64,000 nucleotides of DNA from Felis catus (Eukaryota): positions 21,702,001-21,766,000 of the forward strand of contig NC_058368.1 in NCBI RefSeq assembly GCF_018350175.1, given 5' to 3'. A model generated the notes under the pieces. That model did not search any database, was not told where the DNA came from, and saw only the letters and a program-made list of their open reading frames with translations. The position numbers and the translations under genes are program-made. Positions 13,376 through 26,271 of the stretch are shown here, piece after piece (within the stretch, counting starts at the first letter, position 1; the number at the start of each line of letters is the position of its first letter).

Positions 13376-14714
13376 CTCTTACGGTGTCATTTAACATGTT
13401 TATCTGTCCTCTGTATTTCCTATAAATTAATAGTTGAATCTGAAGTCTGAATAAGGGTCAGGTTATTTTAGGCAGAGGGGACAAGAGTACATCCTATGTG
13501 ATGGTTTTCTCTTCCATCAGGACTGCGCTTAGTGTCTGATGTCTCTCTGTAATGCTGACAGCCACTGAGGAACATTGCCTACATTTATTATTTACTAGGA
13601 GTTGTAAATGGTGATACTCTAATTCTGTCCTTTCTTCTTCATTAGTTGGAATAATATTTTCAACAGAAGCTTCCCCTCACTTAGGTTACCCCCATGATAA
13701 AATTTGTTTAGGTAAAGGCAAAACGAGTTCTTGATTCTTTCCATTTATCAGTTTTCAGAACAATGAGGTGGTTCATTAGCACCTTTCAGTGATGACCAAT
13801 TAGTTTTTCTTTCATATTCTGAATTCATGAATTGAATTATGTGTATGTTTCTGTTCATTATAGTTATTATTTTTATTAGTACTTTCATTGGCCATCTTTG
13901 ACCCATTGGAGCCCCTTCAAGGTGGCTCCTGAGTGTTTTTGACAGATTTAGGAATTTTAAGTGGACACACCTAGGAATGTTTTTAAAAAGATGTATTCTG
14001 CATATATTGGTATTTCCAACTCAAATAGGTAGAGTTTTACTAAGCCTCATCTATCATATAACTTTGACTCCTTTGTCCCAGGTTGAAGTTCCTTTGATAC
14101 CTGGGATGTTAGAATTAGAATATCACATTATTACTCATTTCCTTTATTCCAGATACATACACAACAGGGTAAGAATAATCTCAAGACGATAACCAGTGGT
14201 AGAATTGCTGAAAAAAGTGTAGAGTTTTCTTTGTGCTTACCTCGTCTTTAGGGTTGACTGGGCATATACAAATTACTATCTCGAAAAGTTATGTGGGATA
14301 GTGTAACTGTGTCGCCATGTGGATACATATTTAGGTTCATTAATTTTTTTAATCTTTTATTTTTAGGAATTGCTTTTCTTTAATTTTCTCATACGTGTGT
14401 GTGATGCATTTTCATATGCTTGTGAAGACAAAGGGTAGCCTCATTTCCTTGAGCTCTTTACCCTATTTCCTCCCTATTCCCATTTATTTTTGTGTAAAAT
14501 ACTTATATGGGATCTGTTTTATTTACAAGTTTTTAGTTTACTTTTTGGAATTTTGGAAAGTTTGTATATTTGTTACAGTGGTTAGCATCATTTAGCTCCC
14601 CCCCTTTTGAGTTACAGTTATCTGTTGATTCCCTATTATGTGCATTGACATTGGTTGTGACCTCTTTCCCTTTTCCTCAGCATCTGATGTCAAGTATGTC
14701 CTTTTTAAAAAAGT

Positions 14715-16885
14715 TTTTAAAAATTGGCCATTATTGTGAGATAGTTATAGCTTCACATGCAATTGTAAAACATAATACAGAGAAATACCTATGTACCCTG
14801 TACCCAGTTTCCCCCAGTGATAACATCTTGTAACATTATAGTAAAATGTTGATATTTATACAGTGAAAATATAAAACACTTCTATCACAAGGCTCTCTCT
14901 TGTTGCCAATTAGTAGCCATTCTCCTTCCTTCCCATCCCTGCCCCCCACCCTTAATCCCTGGCAACCACTAATCTCCTTTTCTGTAATTTTGTTACTTCA
15001 AGAATGTTATATAAATGGAATCATATGGTATGTAACCTTTTGGGATTAGCTTTTTTTTTCTCTTAGCATAATTCCCTGTAGATTCGTTCAAGTTGTTTGT
15101 CTCAATAGTTCATTTCTTTTTACTGTTTGGTAATACTACATGATATGTAGTGTGGTTAAACTATATAACCAAAACTCCATATAAACTATATGAAGGATAC
15201 CTGGGGTGTTTCCAGGTTTGGGTTTTTTATGAATAAGGCTGTTGTAAATATTTATTTATAGATTTTTTGTGAACATAAGTTTTCATTTCTCTGGGAGAAA
15301 TATCTAGAAGTGCAGTTGCTGTGTACTGTGGTATCTTCATGTTTAGTTTTTTAAGAAACTGTTTTCCTAATAGCTGTACCATTTTACGATTCCACTAGCA
15401 ATGTATGAGTGTTTCCACATACTAACATTTGGTGTTGTCACAGTTGTTTGTTTTAGCTATTCTGATAGATGTATAGTAATATCTCATTGTGGTTTTAATT
15501 TGCATTCCCCTAATGGCAAATGACATTGAACATCTTTTCTTGTGCTTCTTGGCCATCTGTATATCCTCTTTGATAAAATGTCTCTTCATTTCTTTTGCCC
15601 ATTTTCTAATTTAATTGATTGTCTAATTAGCTTTGAGAATTCTCTATATATTCTAGATATTAGCCCTTTATTAGATATGTTGTTTGCAATTTTTTTTTCC
15701 CAGTCTGTAGCTTTTTATCCCCTTCACATGGGGGCTTTCTCAGAGCAACATGTTTTAATTTTGATGAGGTCCAATTTACCAGTTTTTTCTTTATGCATCA
15801 TGCTTTTAAGGTCAAGTTTAAGAACTCTTTGCCTTGCTCTAGATCCCAGAGATTTTTTTTCTAACAGCTTTATAGTTTTACACTTAAATGTGATCTCATT
15901 TTATATTAATTTTTGTGTAGTATATGTGACTTAAGTTGAGATTCATACATTTTGTCTAGCAGTGTCTACCTGTTCCAGCACCATTTGTTGAAAAGTCCGT
16001 CTTTCCTTTACTGAATTACTTTTACCCTTTGTCAAAAATCAGTTTGAGCATATTTGTATAGGTCTATTTTGTTTTTGTTTTTAATCCTGTTCCATTGATC
16101 CACCAGTATCACACAGTGTTTACTAGAGCTGTGTAATCTTGAAATTGGATAGACTGGTCCCTTCCACTTTCTTCTTTTTAAAAATTGTTTGGAGCGCCTG
16201 GGTGGTTCAGTTGGATGAGCATCCGACTTCAGCTCACGTCATGATCTCATGGTTGACAAGTTCGAGCCCCGTGTCAGGCTGTGTACTGACAGCTCAGAGC
16301 CTGGAGCCTGCTTTGGATTCTGTATCTCTCTCTCTCTCTCTCTCTCTCTCCCTCCCTGCCCCTCCCCCACTCATGCTCTGTCTCTCTTCATCTCAAAAAT
16401 AAAATAAACACTAAAAAAAATTTAAAAATTGTTTTAGCTCTTCATATTACTTTGCCTTTCTATATAAATTTTAGAACACTGTTTTCTGTATCTACAAAGA
16501 ATGTTGCTGAGATTTTGAGCGGAATTGGGTTAAATCTGTATGTTATTGTGGGGAGAATTGACGTGTTTACCAAATTGAATCTACTAATCCATGAATACAA
16601 TATGTCTCTCTATTGTTTTAGATCTTTGAATTCCTTCATCAGTGTTGTGTAGCTTTCCACATGTATGTCCTATACATGTGTCGTTAGGTTTATACTTAAG
16701 TATTTTTTGAGAGATTATAAAGGATACTGGGTGTATTTTTAATTTTGGTGCCCATGTGTTCATTCCATAGACATACAATTGATTTTTGTGTTTTTATGTT
16801 GTATTCTGTGACCTTATTGAACTGATTTATTAGATCTACCTTATAAATCGCTAGATTTTTTTGGTCTAATGCACAGAGGCATTTT
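14715..16885 (-). mobile_element. Old L1 ORF2 3' and UTR fragment, interrupted by a CAN-SINE at about 16191-16428 (+)
   Basis: ccctggcaaccactaatc, ctcattgtggttttaatttgcatt, ttccagcaccatttgttgaaaag; SINE TSD aaaaattgttt. Confidence 0.88.
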
Positions 16886-16886
16886 T

Positions 16887-16938
<52 letters not shown>

Positions 16939-16953
16939 TTTCTTTTTCTTTTT
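16884..16953 (+). repeat. (TTTC)n microsatellite
   Basis: Directly visible. Confidence 0.9.
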
Positions 16954-17081
16954 TGGAAATCCATTTGTTTTTGTAATATATCTTAGTATTGGTTTTTCTC
17001 AGTTGATTTCCCAGGCATTGGTGTACTCTTTCAATATTTAATTTCAAGACTTCTAGTTGCAGGACTTTTTTCTCTTTATAG

Positions 17082-17276
17082 TTTTTTTTTTTAATGTTTA
17101 TTTTTGAGACAGAGAGCATGAGCAGAAGAGGGGCAGAGAGAGAGGGAGACACAGAATTCGAAGTAAGCTCTGAGCTGTCAGCACAGAGCCCGACACGGGG
17201 CTCGAATCCATGGACCCTGAGATTATGACCTGAGCTGAAATCGGATGCTTAACTGACTGAGCCATCCAGGCGTCCC
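17082..17276 (-). mobile_element. CAN-SINE
   Basis: Antisense SINE; TSD ttatagttttt on both sides. Confidence 0.9.
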
Positions 17277-19039
17277 TTTAATTATAGTTTTTAATATTTG
17301 CTGTATTTCATTGGTTTGGTTTTCTTCTTTGAAGACTCCTTATGTGTATTTAGGATCTTTGCTTAACTTTATTGTCACTTTCATTCTAATAATTTTCACC
17401 TTCATTTCTGCTTTTTTTTTTTTTAAGATTTTATTTTTAAGCAATCTCTACACCCGATGTGGGGATCGAAATTTCAACCTCAAGATCAAGAGTCACATGC
17501 TTTACCAACTGAGCCAGCCACACACCCCTCACCTTCATTTCTTTTTGATTTAAAAATTTACTTGCACATTCTTTGTCTCTTAAGCATTATCTATTGTGTA
17601 TTGAATCTCATGATTATTCTTGGTTAGGTTTCCTTTCTGAAATAATTTATTTGTTTTACTTCAAATTGTTTCCTGATTTCTAAGTTTTTCTAATTCTGAG
17701 TTTTTCTAATTCTGATATAAAATGTTATTTCACATTATCTTGGATATAATTTTTATGTTTTATAGGTATGGCTTTTTGGTAGCAAGCTTTTAGTGTCAAC
17801 ATTCTTCTCCTTATTTTCCCATTTCTTACGACATGGGATTTGACCCCAATCCTTTTCTGTTGTTCATTTTGTAATAGGCTTTCCTGAACTTTTTGGAGCA
17901 AGAGGTTGGTCAGGATAGTTTGTCTCCTTTACCGCCCTATCTATACCCCTTCCTCTGTTGATTTTTATGAAATGATAAGAAGTATTTGGCTTCCTGTGTT
18001 CTGAGATCTGTGTCATTAACCCACTTATATCTGGACCCTCCTTTTCTTTGCTTCATTGTGCCTGTGTTGCTCACTTGGTATTCTGCTCCCAGAAATTCTT
18101 TTCAGTTTAGGGCTTCGCCCAAGAAGGGGGATTTCAGTCCTTAGTTTTTGAATCTAGAGCCTTACGTTTCCTACTTTATAGTATTGGTATATACAAAAGA
18201 TCTTTTCCATTTGTAGCTATTCTCAAATTGCCTTTCTAGACTCTAGTGATTTGTGATTTGGGGTTTTTCTGGCTTCAAGTCCTTCATTTACCCTATTATA
18301 TTACTTCTATCCTTCTGTTTCCTTCTATATATATGCTGATACCATGTGAGTCCTATAGTTGGCGATTTAACCAGATCCTGCTTGTATTTGAGAATTCAAG
18401 GGGATACCCTGTCACCCAATTTTGTAGATTTTGTCCTTGGGTTTTTGGTTTGGCTGTCCTGGTAACATTTTTCCCTTTTTTGTGTGAGGTGGGAGATGGC
18501 AGGTGATTAAAAACTTCATTGAGAAGTTTTATTCAAGAGAAGGACAATACAAGTACACTAGCTATTGTGGTGAACCAGGTGAGATGATAGTGGCTTAGTC
18601 TAGGATAATGGCAGTGGAGCTAGAAGGTTTGAATCCTATTTTGGTGACTTGTTGGATAACAAAGAGTGAGAGACTGCGTAGACATGGATGATCTCCCAAG
18701 ATAGGGGTTCTTACAACTGTTTGGATGATGGTACTTTTTCCTAATATTAGGAATATTCATGGAAGAGTAATTTTTTAGGGGGAAGGTATTTTTTTGAGAG
18801 GTGAGGAGTAAAGGGACAAGAGGGACCAGCTATTACGATATTTGTAAGCATCCTGGATGTGAGGCCTTGCAACAATCTATCCTCTACCCCCAAACACACA
18901 TACAGACATATTTAATTTCTTCAGGGAGCTTTTTCCTGATTCTCTAATATGTCTCCTTCTGATATAGAACTTTATTTACTTTCCTATCTTAACATTTAAC
19001 ACATTTGTATTACTGCTTATTAATCCTATGTTTTTTACT

Positions 19040-19503
19040 AGACCAACTGTTCACAAACTTTTTCTTAAAAGGACAGACAGATGATAAATATTGAAGGTTT
19101 TGGGAGCCAAGAGACAAAAAAAAAAAAAAAAAGGATATTATGGGGCACCTGGGTGGCTCAGTTGGTCAAGCATCTGACTTTGGCTCAGGTCATGATCTCA
19201 GGGTCCGTGGGCTCGAACCCCGTGTTGGGGTCTGTGCTGACAGCTCAGAGCCTGGAGTCTGCTTTGGATTCTGTGTCTCCCTCTCTCTGCCCCTGCTCAT
19301 ACTCTGTCTCTCGCTCTCTCTCAAAAGTAAATAAACATTACAAAAAATTTAAAAATAAAAAAATAAGGATATTATGTGGATACTTAGTATCATTTATGAT
19401 ATAACCACTTAAAAGTATAAAACCATTCCTGTCGGGCCCTACAAAAAAACAGACAACAATCAGATTTGGGCCATAGGCTGTAGTTTGCTGACCAGTGTAC
19501 TAG
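19040..19503. mobile_element. MER58-like hAT relic split by a CAN-SINE (19142-19364 +)
   Basis: caaactttttcttaaaaggacaga ... gggccataggctgtagtttgctgacc; SINE TSD aaggatattatg. Confidence 0.7.
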
Positions 19504-20584
19504 GCTGTAAATTCTATACTTGTCCTAGTTGCAGGCATATTGCCTGGTGCGTTTTAGATGAATTCAGTAAATTTTTGTTGAGTGAGTGAATATTATTCTT
19601 ACAGATTGGAGCTCAGGCAAGAGGGTTGAGCTAAAGATAGATATTTTGAGAGTGGTCATCAAACAGAAATTGAAGACATGAGAGTAGATGCCATCAACTT
19701 CAGAAGAATGAAAGAAAGAGGCCCAAAGTGGAGCCTCTTCTGTAATTCAGAGAACGGAACAAGTCATGACTAACTCAATGGTACTTTCATCGTGTACATA
19801 GTAGTCAGTACCTGTGGCTAACTGACCTAAGCCATTTGGCTATTTTACATACATATGGTACTTTTGGATGAGTAGGAGGCCTTTAACTATTAGAGATAGG
19901 TGAGATAATATATGTATTTTCCTTAGAAATTTTACTACCAGTGTGTTCCGTTATAATAAAACAAGCTTTAGAATTCTGCCACTTACACAAACACGTATTA
20001 GCAAGCAGTTACCACCTTGCAGTAAAACTTCATCTGTAAGCATACACCATAAAGAACTGATTAGGGTTAGGTGACAAAATCCTCCTAGAAGGTGCGGGAT
20101 ACAGGATCAAAGGGATTCAAAAACCTCTCTGAAGACAGACTGCAGGGCTTTCCAGATTCTTAAACTGCAAACAAGTAAGAATCAAGGCACCTGCACAACA
20201 TTCCTAACCAGTCTGTATATCTTGAACAATTCCATTTTGGCAATAAAAAGCTATTTCCAATATCTCTTTTATACTAATTAACAAACCACTCCCTAAATTC
20301 AGATGTTGGTATTCGAAGCACGTATTAACTGGGAGCTAACTTCTGATATGGGTGCTTTAAATGCTAGCTAACCCACTGTGAAGTGTGGATTCTTAATTTA
20401 GGGAACTTCGGAAGTTGACTCACTACTCCTATGGATCCTGAAGTATTTTGATGTGAATTACAATATAGCATTAACTTGATCATATTTTTTAAGGGATATG
20501 TTGCCTGGATCTTTTTTGTTGTATTCCTATCATAACAGTTCATAAACAAGTGTAGTTGTTATTACAATTAAAATATTTTTTTCT

Positions 20585-20790
20585 AATAAAATAAGATAAA
20601 AACAGGGAGGCAAACCATAGACATTCTTAATTATAGACAACAAACCAAGGGTTGCTGGAGAGGAGGTAGGTAGGGGAAAGTAGGCTAATTGGGTGATGCG
20701 CATTAAGGCCGGCACTTGTGATAAGCACTAGGTGTTATATGTAAGTGATGAATCACTAAATTCTACTCCTGAAACCAATTAAAAAAAAGA
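20585..20790 (+). mobile_element. Heavily 5'-truncated carnivore L1 3' end
   Basis: aggcaaaccatag ... gtaagtgatgaatcactaaattctactcctgaaacca plus A tail; atatttttttct on both flanks. Confidence 0.8.
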
Positions 20791-20864
20791 TATTTTTTTC
20801 TTCTCTGTTCCAGTAACAGTTGAATTAGATATTCATGTAGGCATTTTAACAGCCGTATAGTTCT

Positions 20865-21091
20865 TTTTTAAAAAAAATTTTTTTTTCAACTTTTATTTAT
20901 TTTTGGGACAGAGAGAGACAGAGCATGAACGGGGGAGGGGCAGAGAGAGAGAGGGAGACACAGAATCGGAAACAGGCTCCAGGCTCTGAGCCATCAGCCC
21001 AGAGCCTGACGCGGGGCTCGAACTCACAGACTGCAAGATCGTGACCTGGCTGAAGTTGGACGCTTAACCGACTGCGCCACCCAGGCGCCCC
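20865..21091 (-). mobile_element. Young SINEC_Fc-type element with 17-bp TSD
   Basis: TSD aacagccgtatagttct on both sides. Confidence 0.95.
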
Positions 21092-21791
21092 AACAGCCGT
21101 ATAGTTCTAATCTTCAGTGAATCAAGACAATTCAGAGTAATCAAATTAATATTAGTATTTGAAGATTGCTCAACATTTATTACCATTCTTTATGATAAAT
21201 ATATGAAGCAGTCTGTGTATTAAGCAGTCTCTGTATTAATACTATTAAAGTCAAAACACAGGAACATGGTATAGAATTAGATTCAAGGCTGTCTTTCTAC
21301 TGTTGAACCCTAATAGTGATAATAATTTTATCAGTGCATCATTTCATTACATTAAATGAATGCTACTAATTTGAATTTTGTTTGGCAGTTTTGTTTACAT
21401 TTAATATATATCTATATTTAAGCATAAGTTTAGATTAATATTTCGGTATATTTAGCAAACTTTATAATTTGATTTTCATGGGGTTTCTCCCCAAAGGAGA
21501 ATTTATCACTGCAATTTAAGAAAACTTGACAGCGATACCATACAAAAGAATTATCAAATAAAATAGTAGCATACTGAGTCTGGCAATATATTATAATAAT
21601 ATACCATGACCATGTAACCTTTATGTAGCCTTTATTCCAAAACTGTAAGGATTTTACATACTTACATATGTAATAAAATAATTCATTGTATCAGCATATC
21701 AAGGGAGAGAGGGGATATCTAATCATTTCAGTCATTCCTGATAAGACATGGCTGATGGAGCCTCTCAGTAAACTTCGAAGGATACTTCTTT

Positions 21792-21975
21792 GGGGGCACC
21801 TGGGTGGCTCAGTCCGTTCCGATTCTTGATTTCGTCTCAGGTCATGACCTCATGGTTCTGAGATTGAGCCCCATGTCAGCATGGAGCCTGCTTGGGATTC
21901 TCTCTCCCTTTTTCTCTGCCATTCTCCTGTCTGTGTGCTTTCTCTTTCAAAACAAATAAACATTTTTTAAAAAAA
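21792..21975 (+). mobile_element. CAN-SINE (older)
   Basis: Head gggggcacctgggtggctcag; TSD-like aaggatactt. Confidence 0.85.
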
Positions 21976-22067
21976 AGGATACTTGTTTGCCTTTTCATAC
22001 AAAATATCTATCCCAAATTTATTTTCCTTTTCATGTGGTTTTAAGGCCATGACAATGAGTTCTTTAC

Positions 22068-22298
22068 TTTTTTTTTTTTTTTTAATTTTTTTTTTCAGCG
22101 TTTATTTATTTTTGGGACAGAGCGAGACAGAGCATGAACAGGGGAGGGGCAGAGAGAGAGGGAGACACAGAATCAGAAACAGGCTCCAGGCTCTGAGCCA
22201 TCAGCCCAGAGCCCCATGCGGGGCTCGAACTCACGGACCGCGAGATCGTGACCTGGCTGAAGTCGGACGCTTAACTGACTGCGCCACCCAGGCGCCCC
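22068..22298 (-). mobile_element. Young SINEC_Fc-type element
   Basis: CpG-rich antisense copy; ttacttttt flanks. Confidence 0.93.
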
Positions 22299-22910
22299 AT
22301 TACTTTTTTAAAACATGAATCATTTGAGATAGATTTAATTGGTTGTAAACAACAAAAACCAACTCTGGCTGATTTAAGGAAAAACAATTTTTTGGAAACA
22401 TATGGGTAGTTCATAGAATGAATAGCAACACCTGAGAACTGGGAATAGAACCTACTCTTTTTTTTTTTTTCCTTTCCACTTTGCTCAGGGTTCAGAGTTA
22501 TGAGGGAGAGAGTTCTGCTGGCATGGTTTTGGTCTCATGCCCCATTCAAAACGAGGACAGAGTGAGATACTTTAATAGGCAGTTCCATCAGGGCAGTCTA
22601 CAGCAGAGGATATATAATTCCACAGAGAAACCTGGGTGCAGTTAGGAAAGGGGAATGGATTCTAGGCAGCCAAGCCCCACCTCATGTTCCCCCCAAAATT
22701 AACCAACAGATATCCAGTAAAATAGACAGGAGTTTTGGCTTTTTAACCTCCTATATTTCATTCAAAGTCTAAAACTGACCAATCCTTAACCCTTAAAGAG
22801 CAATTACTTCTAAAAATTTTTTAAAATATTAAATGCCTAAGACCTTAACGTATCTACTAGCAGTGTTGTCAATATGTAGGTACTTAAATATTCTTTATTT
22901 TTCTTTTTAG

Positions 22911-22955
22911 ACAATGCGAAGACACCGAAATGAAGTGACAGTTGAACTGCGAAAG
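22911..22955 (+). CDS. KPNA3: KPNA3 coding exon (likely exon 2), IBB domain: TMRRHRNEVTVELRK
   Basis: ttctttttag acceptor and AAG|gtaaga donor; 45 nt, phase 0-0; translation matches the recalled importin alpha-4 IBB sequence. Confidence 0.96.
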
Positions 22956-23493
22956 GTAAGAAAGTAAAGTAACAGAAACAGAAAGTAAATAGGAGATTTT
23001 TCTGATTTTTAAAATTCTGTATGACTTGAATAATGAAAATACTGTGCAAATTAGTGATCAACCCTAAACCACACAGCATATACATCATTAAATAGTTTAT
23101 AATGGTATATATTGAAAGCTTTCATTTATTGAGGTGCTATGTACTGTGTGAAGTACTTTAATGCCAGCATTGAAATTGTCACATCTGATGAAATTAGATA
23201 CTCTTGTGGGTTTTTCCTTAATATCCTCTTTTTTTTAGGCTATGTGCCAGACAGGATTCCTCCACCTTCTTCGTGTAAAAGTTATACATACTTGTTCAAG
23301 ATTCTTTAGAAAAATAAAAGTAGAATAACCTTATATCTTACCAATTAAATGCAACTGCTGTTAAACTTTATTGTATTTTCATCTATTTTTTTTGGAGGAC
23401 TTTAGAGTTACCTTTATGATACTGTGTTTTCATGCAAGCACATTTTATTTGAAGCAAATATTTCAGTTGCCAATCAAGAAAATACACATAATT

Positions 23494-23604
23494 GGGCACC
23501 TAGGTAGGTTAGTTGGTTAAGCATCCAACTCTTGGTTTTGGCTCAGGTTCATGAGTATGAACCCCGCATTGGACACTGTGCTGACAATGAGGAGCCTGCT
23601 TGGG

Positions 23605-23662
<58 letters not shown>

Positions 23663-23727
23663 CCTCCCCCACTTGTGCCGTCTCTGTCTCGAAATAAATA
23701 AATAAAATAAAAACTTAAAAAAAAAAT
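23494..23727 (+). mobile_element. CAN-SINE with long (CT)n
   Basis: SINE head, (CT) tract, A tail; aaaatacac flanks. Confidence 0.88.
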
Positions 23728-24353
23728 ACACGTAACTAGTTCTCTATATTATGTGTACATTAAAAAAAATATATTTTGGAACTTATATTCAAATCTTTGT
23801 GTTTGTTTTAGGTTAGATCCTTTTCTTCACTCCTGAAATTCCTAAATTAAAATTATCATCTTAAAATTTTTCAGTTTTAAAGAGAAGGAAAGTCTTGATT
23901 CTGAGAGTAACACTCTCCCAGTCACTAAAACTAAATAGACCTGTGCATTTATGTACTTAATATGTATTTATTTAATACCCATTTTGGGTCATGAATTTTT
24001 ACCCAGCATCAATGGTTTATGCTCATAAATAGTATATAGTTACTGAAATTCATTCTCCTGCAACCACTCCTCCCAATCTTTATTACAATTGAAAAATGCT
24101 TGCTAAATCCAGTGTTATTTCAACTCCTTAACCTCTTCAAAGATACTTACCAATTAACAACAGTGATTTGGCAATTATATTTTCAAGTTTTTTCACATCC
24201 TTGGTTCATTTGGACCAGAGAAGTCAACTAGCTAAATAAAGAGTGAGGTAGGCTCCTTGCCAGTCTTAACACTTTGTACCTAGCTTCTTTTTTTTTTTCT
24301 TTTCTTTTCTTTTAAACTTTTTATTAGCATATAACATACATAGAAAAAAGTCA

Positions 24354-24586
24354 GGGGCGCCCGGGTGGCTCAGTCGGTTGAGCGTCCGACTTCGGCTCAG
24401 GTCATGATCTCACAGTTCGTGAGTTTGAGCCCCACATGGGGCTGTATGCTGACAGCTCACAGCCTGGAGACTGCTTTAGATTCTGTGTCTCCCTCTCTCT
24501 CTGCCCCATCCCCACTCATACTCTGTCTCTCTCTGTCTTAAAAATAAATAAAACATTAAAAAAAATTTTTTTAATAAAAAAAAAAG
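24354..24586 (+). mobile_element. CAN-SINE inside an old L1 3' fragment
   Basis: TSD aaaaaagtca. Confidence 0.9.
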
Positions 24587-26056
24587 TCAACACATCTTAA
24601 GCTTGATGTGTTTTCACAAAGTGAACTGTTATACAGTTATCTGTATAATAAGCTTCTGGATCAAGAAAGAACATTACTTGTATTCCAAGGCTCCTTCCAA
24701 GTTACTCCTTTTCCCCAAGGGTAACCATTATCCTGATATTTAATATTATAGATTATTTTGCATAGTTTGAACTTTATGTAAATAGAACAGTAAGTGTCCT
24801 TTTGTGTCTGGTTTTTCATTCATCATGTGAAGATCATTCTTCTTAATAGAGACAGTAGGAATGGTAGGAATAAAACATCTGTTAACATTATACCAGCTAT
24901 CCCCAGATGTGGGCCTTTACTTTCCCTTAAATTTTCATGCTTGGAATACAACTCAAAACTTTTATATTGGTCCTGGTATTATTCAGAATCCTCCTCTTGT
25001 TTTAAGCTTTTTAGCCCTTCAAATATGCTTATTAATTTACGGTATTCACTTGTCTTAATATTTGGTTGTTTGTTCCTTCTTCTATAGTTGTACTGTCTTC
25101 TGTACTTAATTTATAGAATTAAAATTTCTTGCTTGTCACAGTACATCTTTTTTAATATCCACTTTGTTTGCCTTAGAGTCCTCTTATTCTTTTTATTCCT
25201 AAAAAAGAATTATTCCTTTCCGGTTACTAGAATTAGTTCCTAGAAATTCTTATAGAAGGACCAAAAATGAAATTAATTAAGGAAATCTCAAGAAATTTCC
25301 TTACTTCACATTTCAGAATTCCCTGAGTAAGCCCCAGAATGTGAACAGTTCCTGAAACAAAGCCTAAACTTCAAACAAAGCTTAATTGATTTTGATACCA
25401 TTCTGTAGAGGTATGGAGAGCCCTTCAAGAGAAGATTCCTTTATTCTTTATGGTCAGAGTGTCTGTCTACTTCTAGCCTTGCTATCTCTATAGCTCCATT
25501 AAGGAGAAAATCACAGCATTGTCGTTAATGACATTGAGATTCTTGTTAATACAAGAAAGCTAGTTTCCAGAGTTTCATAGATGAGCTCTATTTTTATTAG
25601 ATTGTAATCATCTTAAGTGAAGGTAGTAACCACACTCCCCCACTGCTAGTACTCCCAAATCTCTCTCCCAGCCCATCCCTAAATGCCTAGTCAAGTTCTG
25701 GACCAATAGTTCATACTCATTAAATGCTAATTTTCAAGAATGAAATTGATTATGATATCTTAAAATTTTCTGTGTATTTAAATAATTTATTGAATTTTCA
25801 AGAAAAAATACTGTAGCTACAGAGCAGTGCTACTCAAAAGTCCTAATCTGTGACAAGTTAGGGAGCTTATTTCAAAATACTAAACAAGGGACTGACTGCT
25901 TCCTTTTCCAAAAAAATCCTTCTGCCTAAATAAATAAATAATGTAAATAAACAATGTGTATAGTTTGACAATCGATTTCTGGCAAAATCTCCATATTTTG
26001 GGGCAGATCTGTAACATAGAGTTTGAGAAAATCTTAGCCAGTCCAAGGACTGTACT

Positions 26057-26271
26057 TTGTTTTTTGGTTTTTTTTTTTTATGTTTATTTATTCTTGAGAC
26101 AGAGCGTGAACAGGGGAGGGGCAGAGAGAGAGGGAGACACAGAATCTGAAACAGGCTCCAGGCTCTGAGCTGCCAGCACAGAGCCCGATGCAGGGCTCAA
26201 ACCCAGGAACTGTGAGATCATGACCTGAGTTGAAGTCGGATGCTTAACTGACTGAGCCACCCAGGCGCCCC
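26057..26271 (-). mobile_element. CAN-SINE
   Basis: TSD aaggactgtactttg on both sides. Confidence 0.92.

Noticed and set aside
19948..19968. RYNKTS peptide resembling a bornavirus glycoprotein stretch
   Set aside because: Six residues only, with no flanking similarity; consistent with chance.
1..22910. KPNA3 promoter or first exon
   Set aside because: No CpG island and no MAENPSLENHRIKSFKNKG-like coding sequence seen; local CpG richness is confined to young SINEs.
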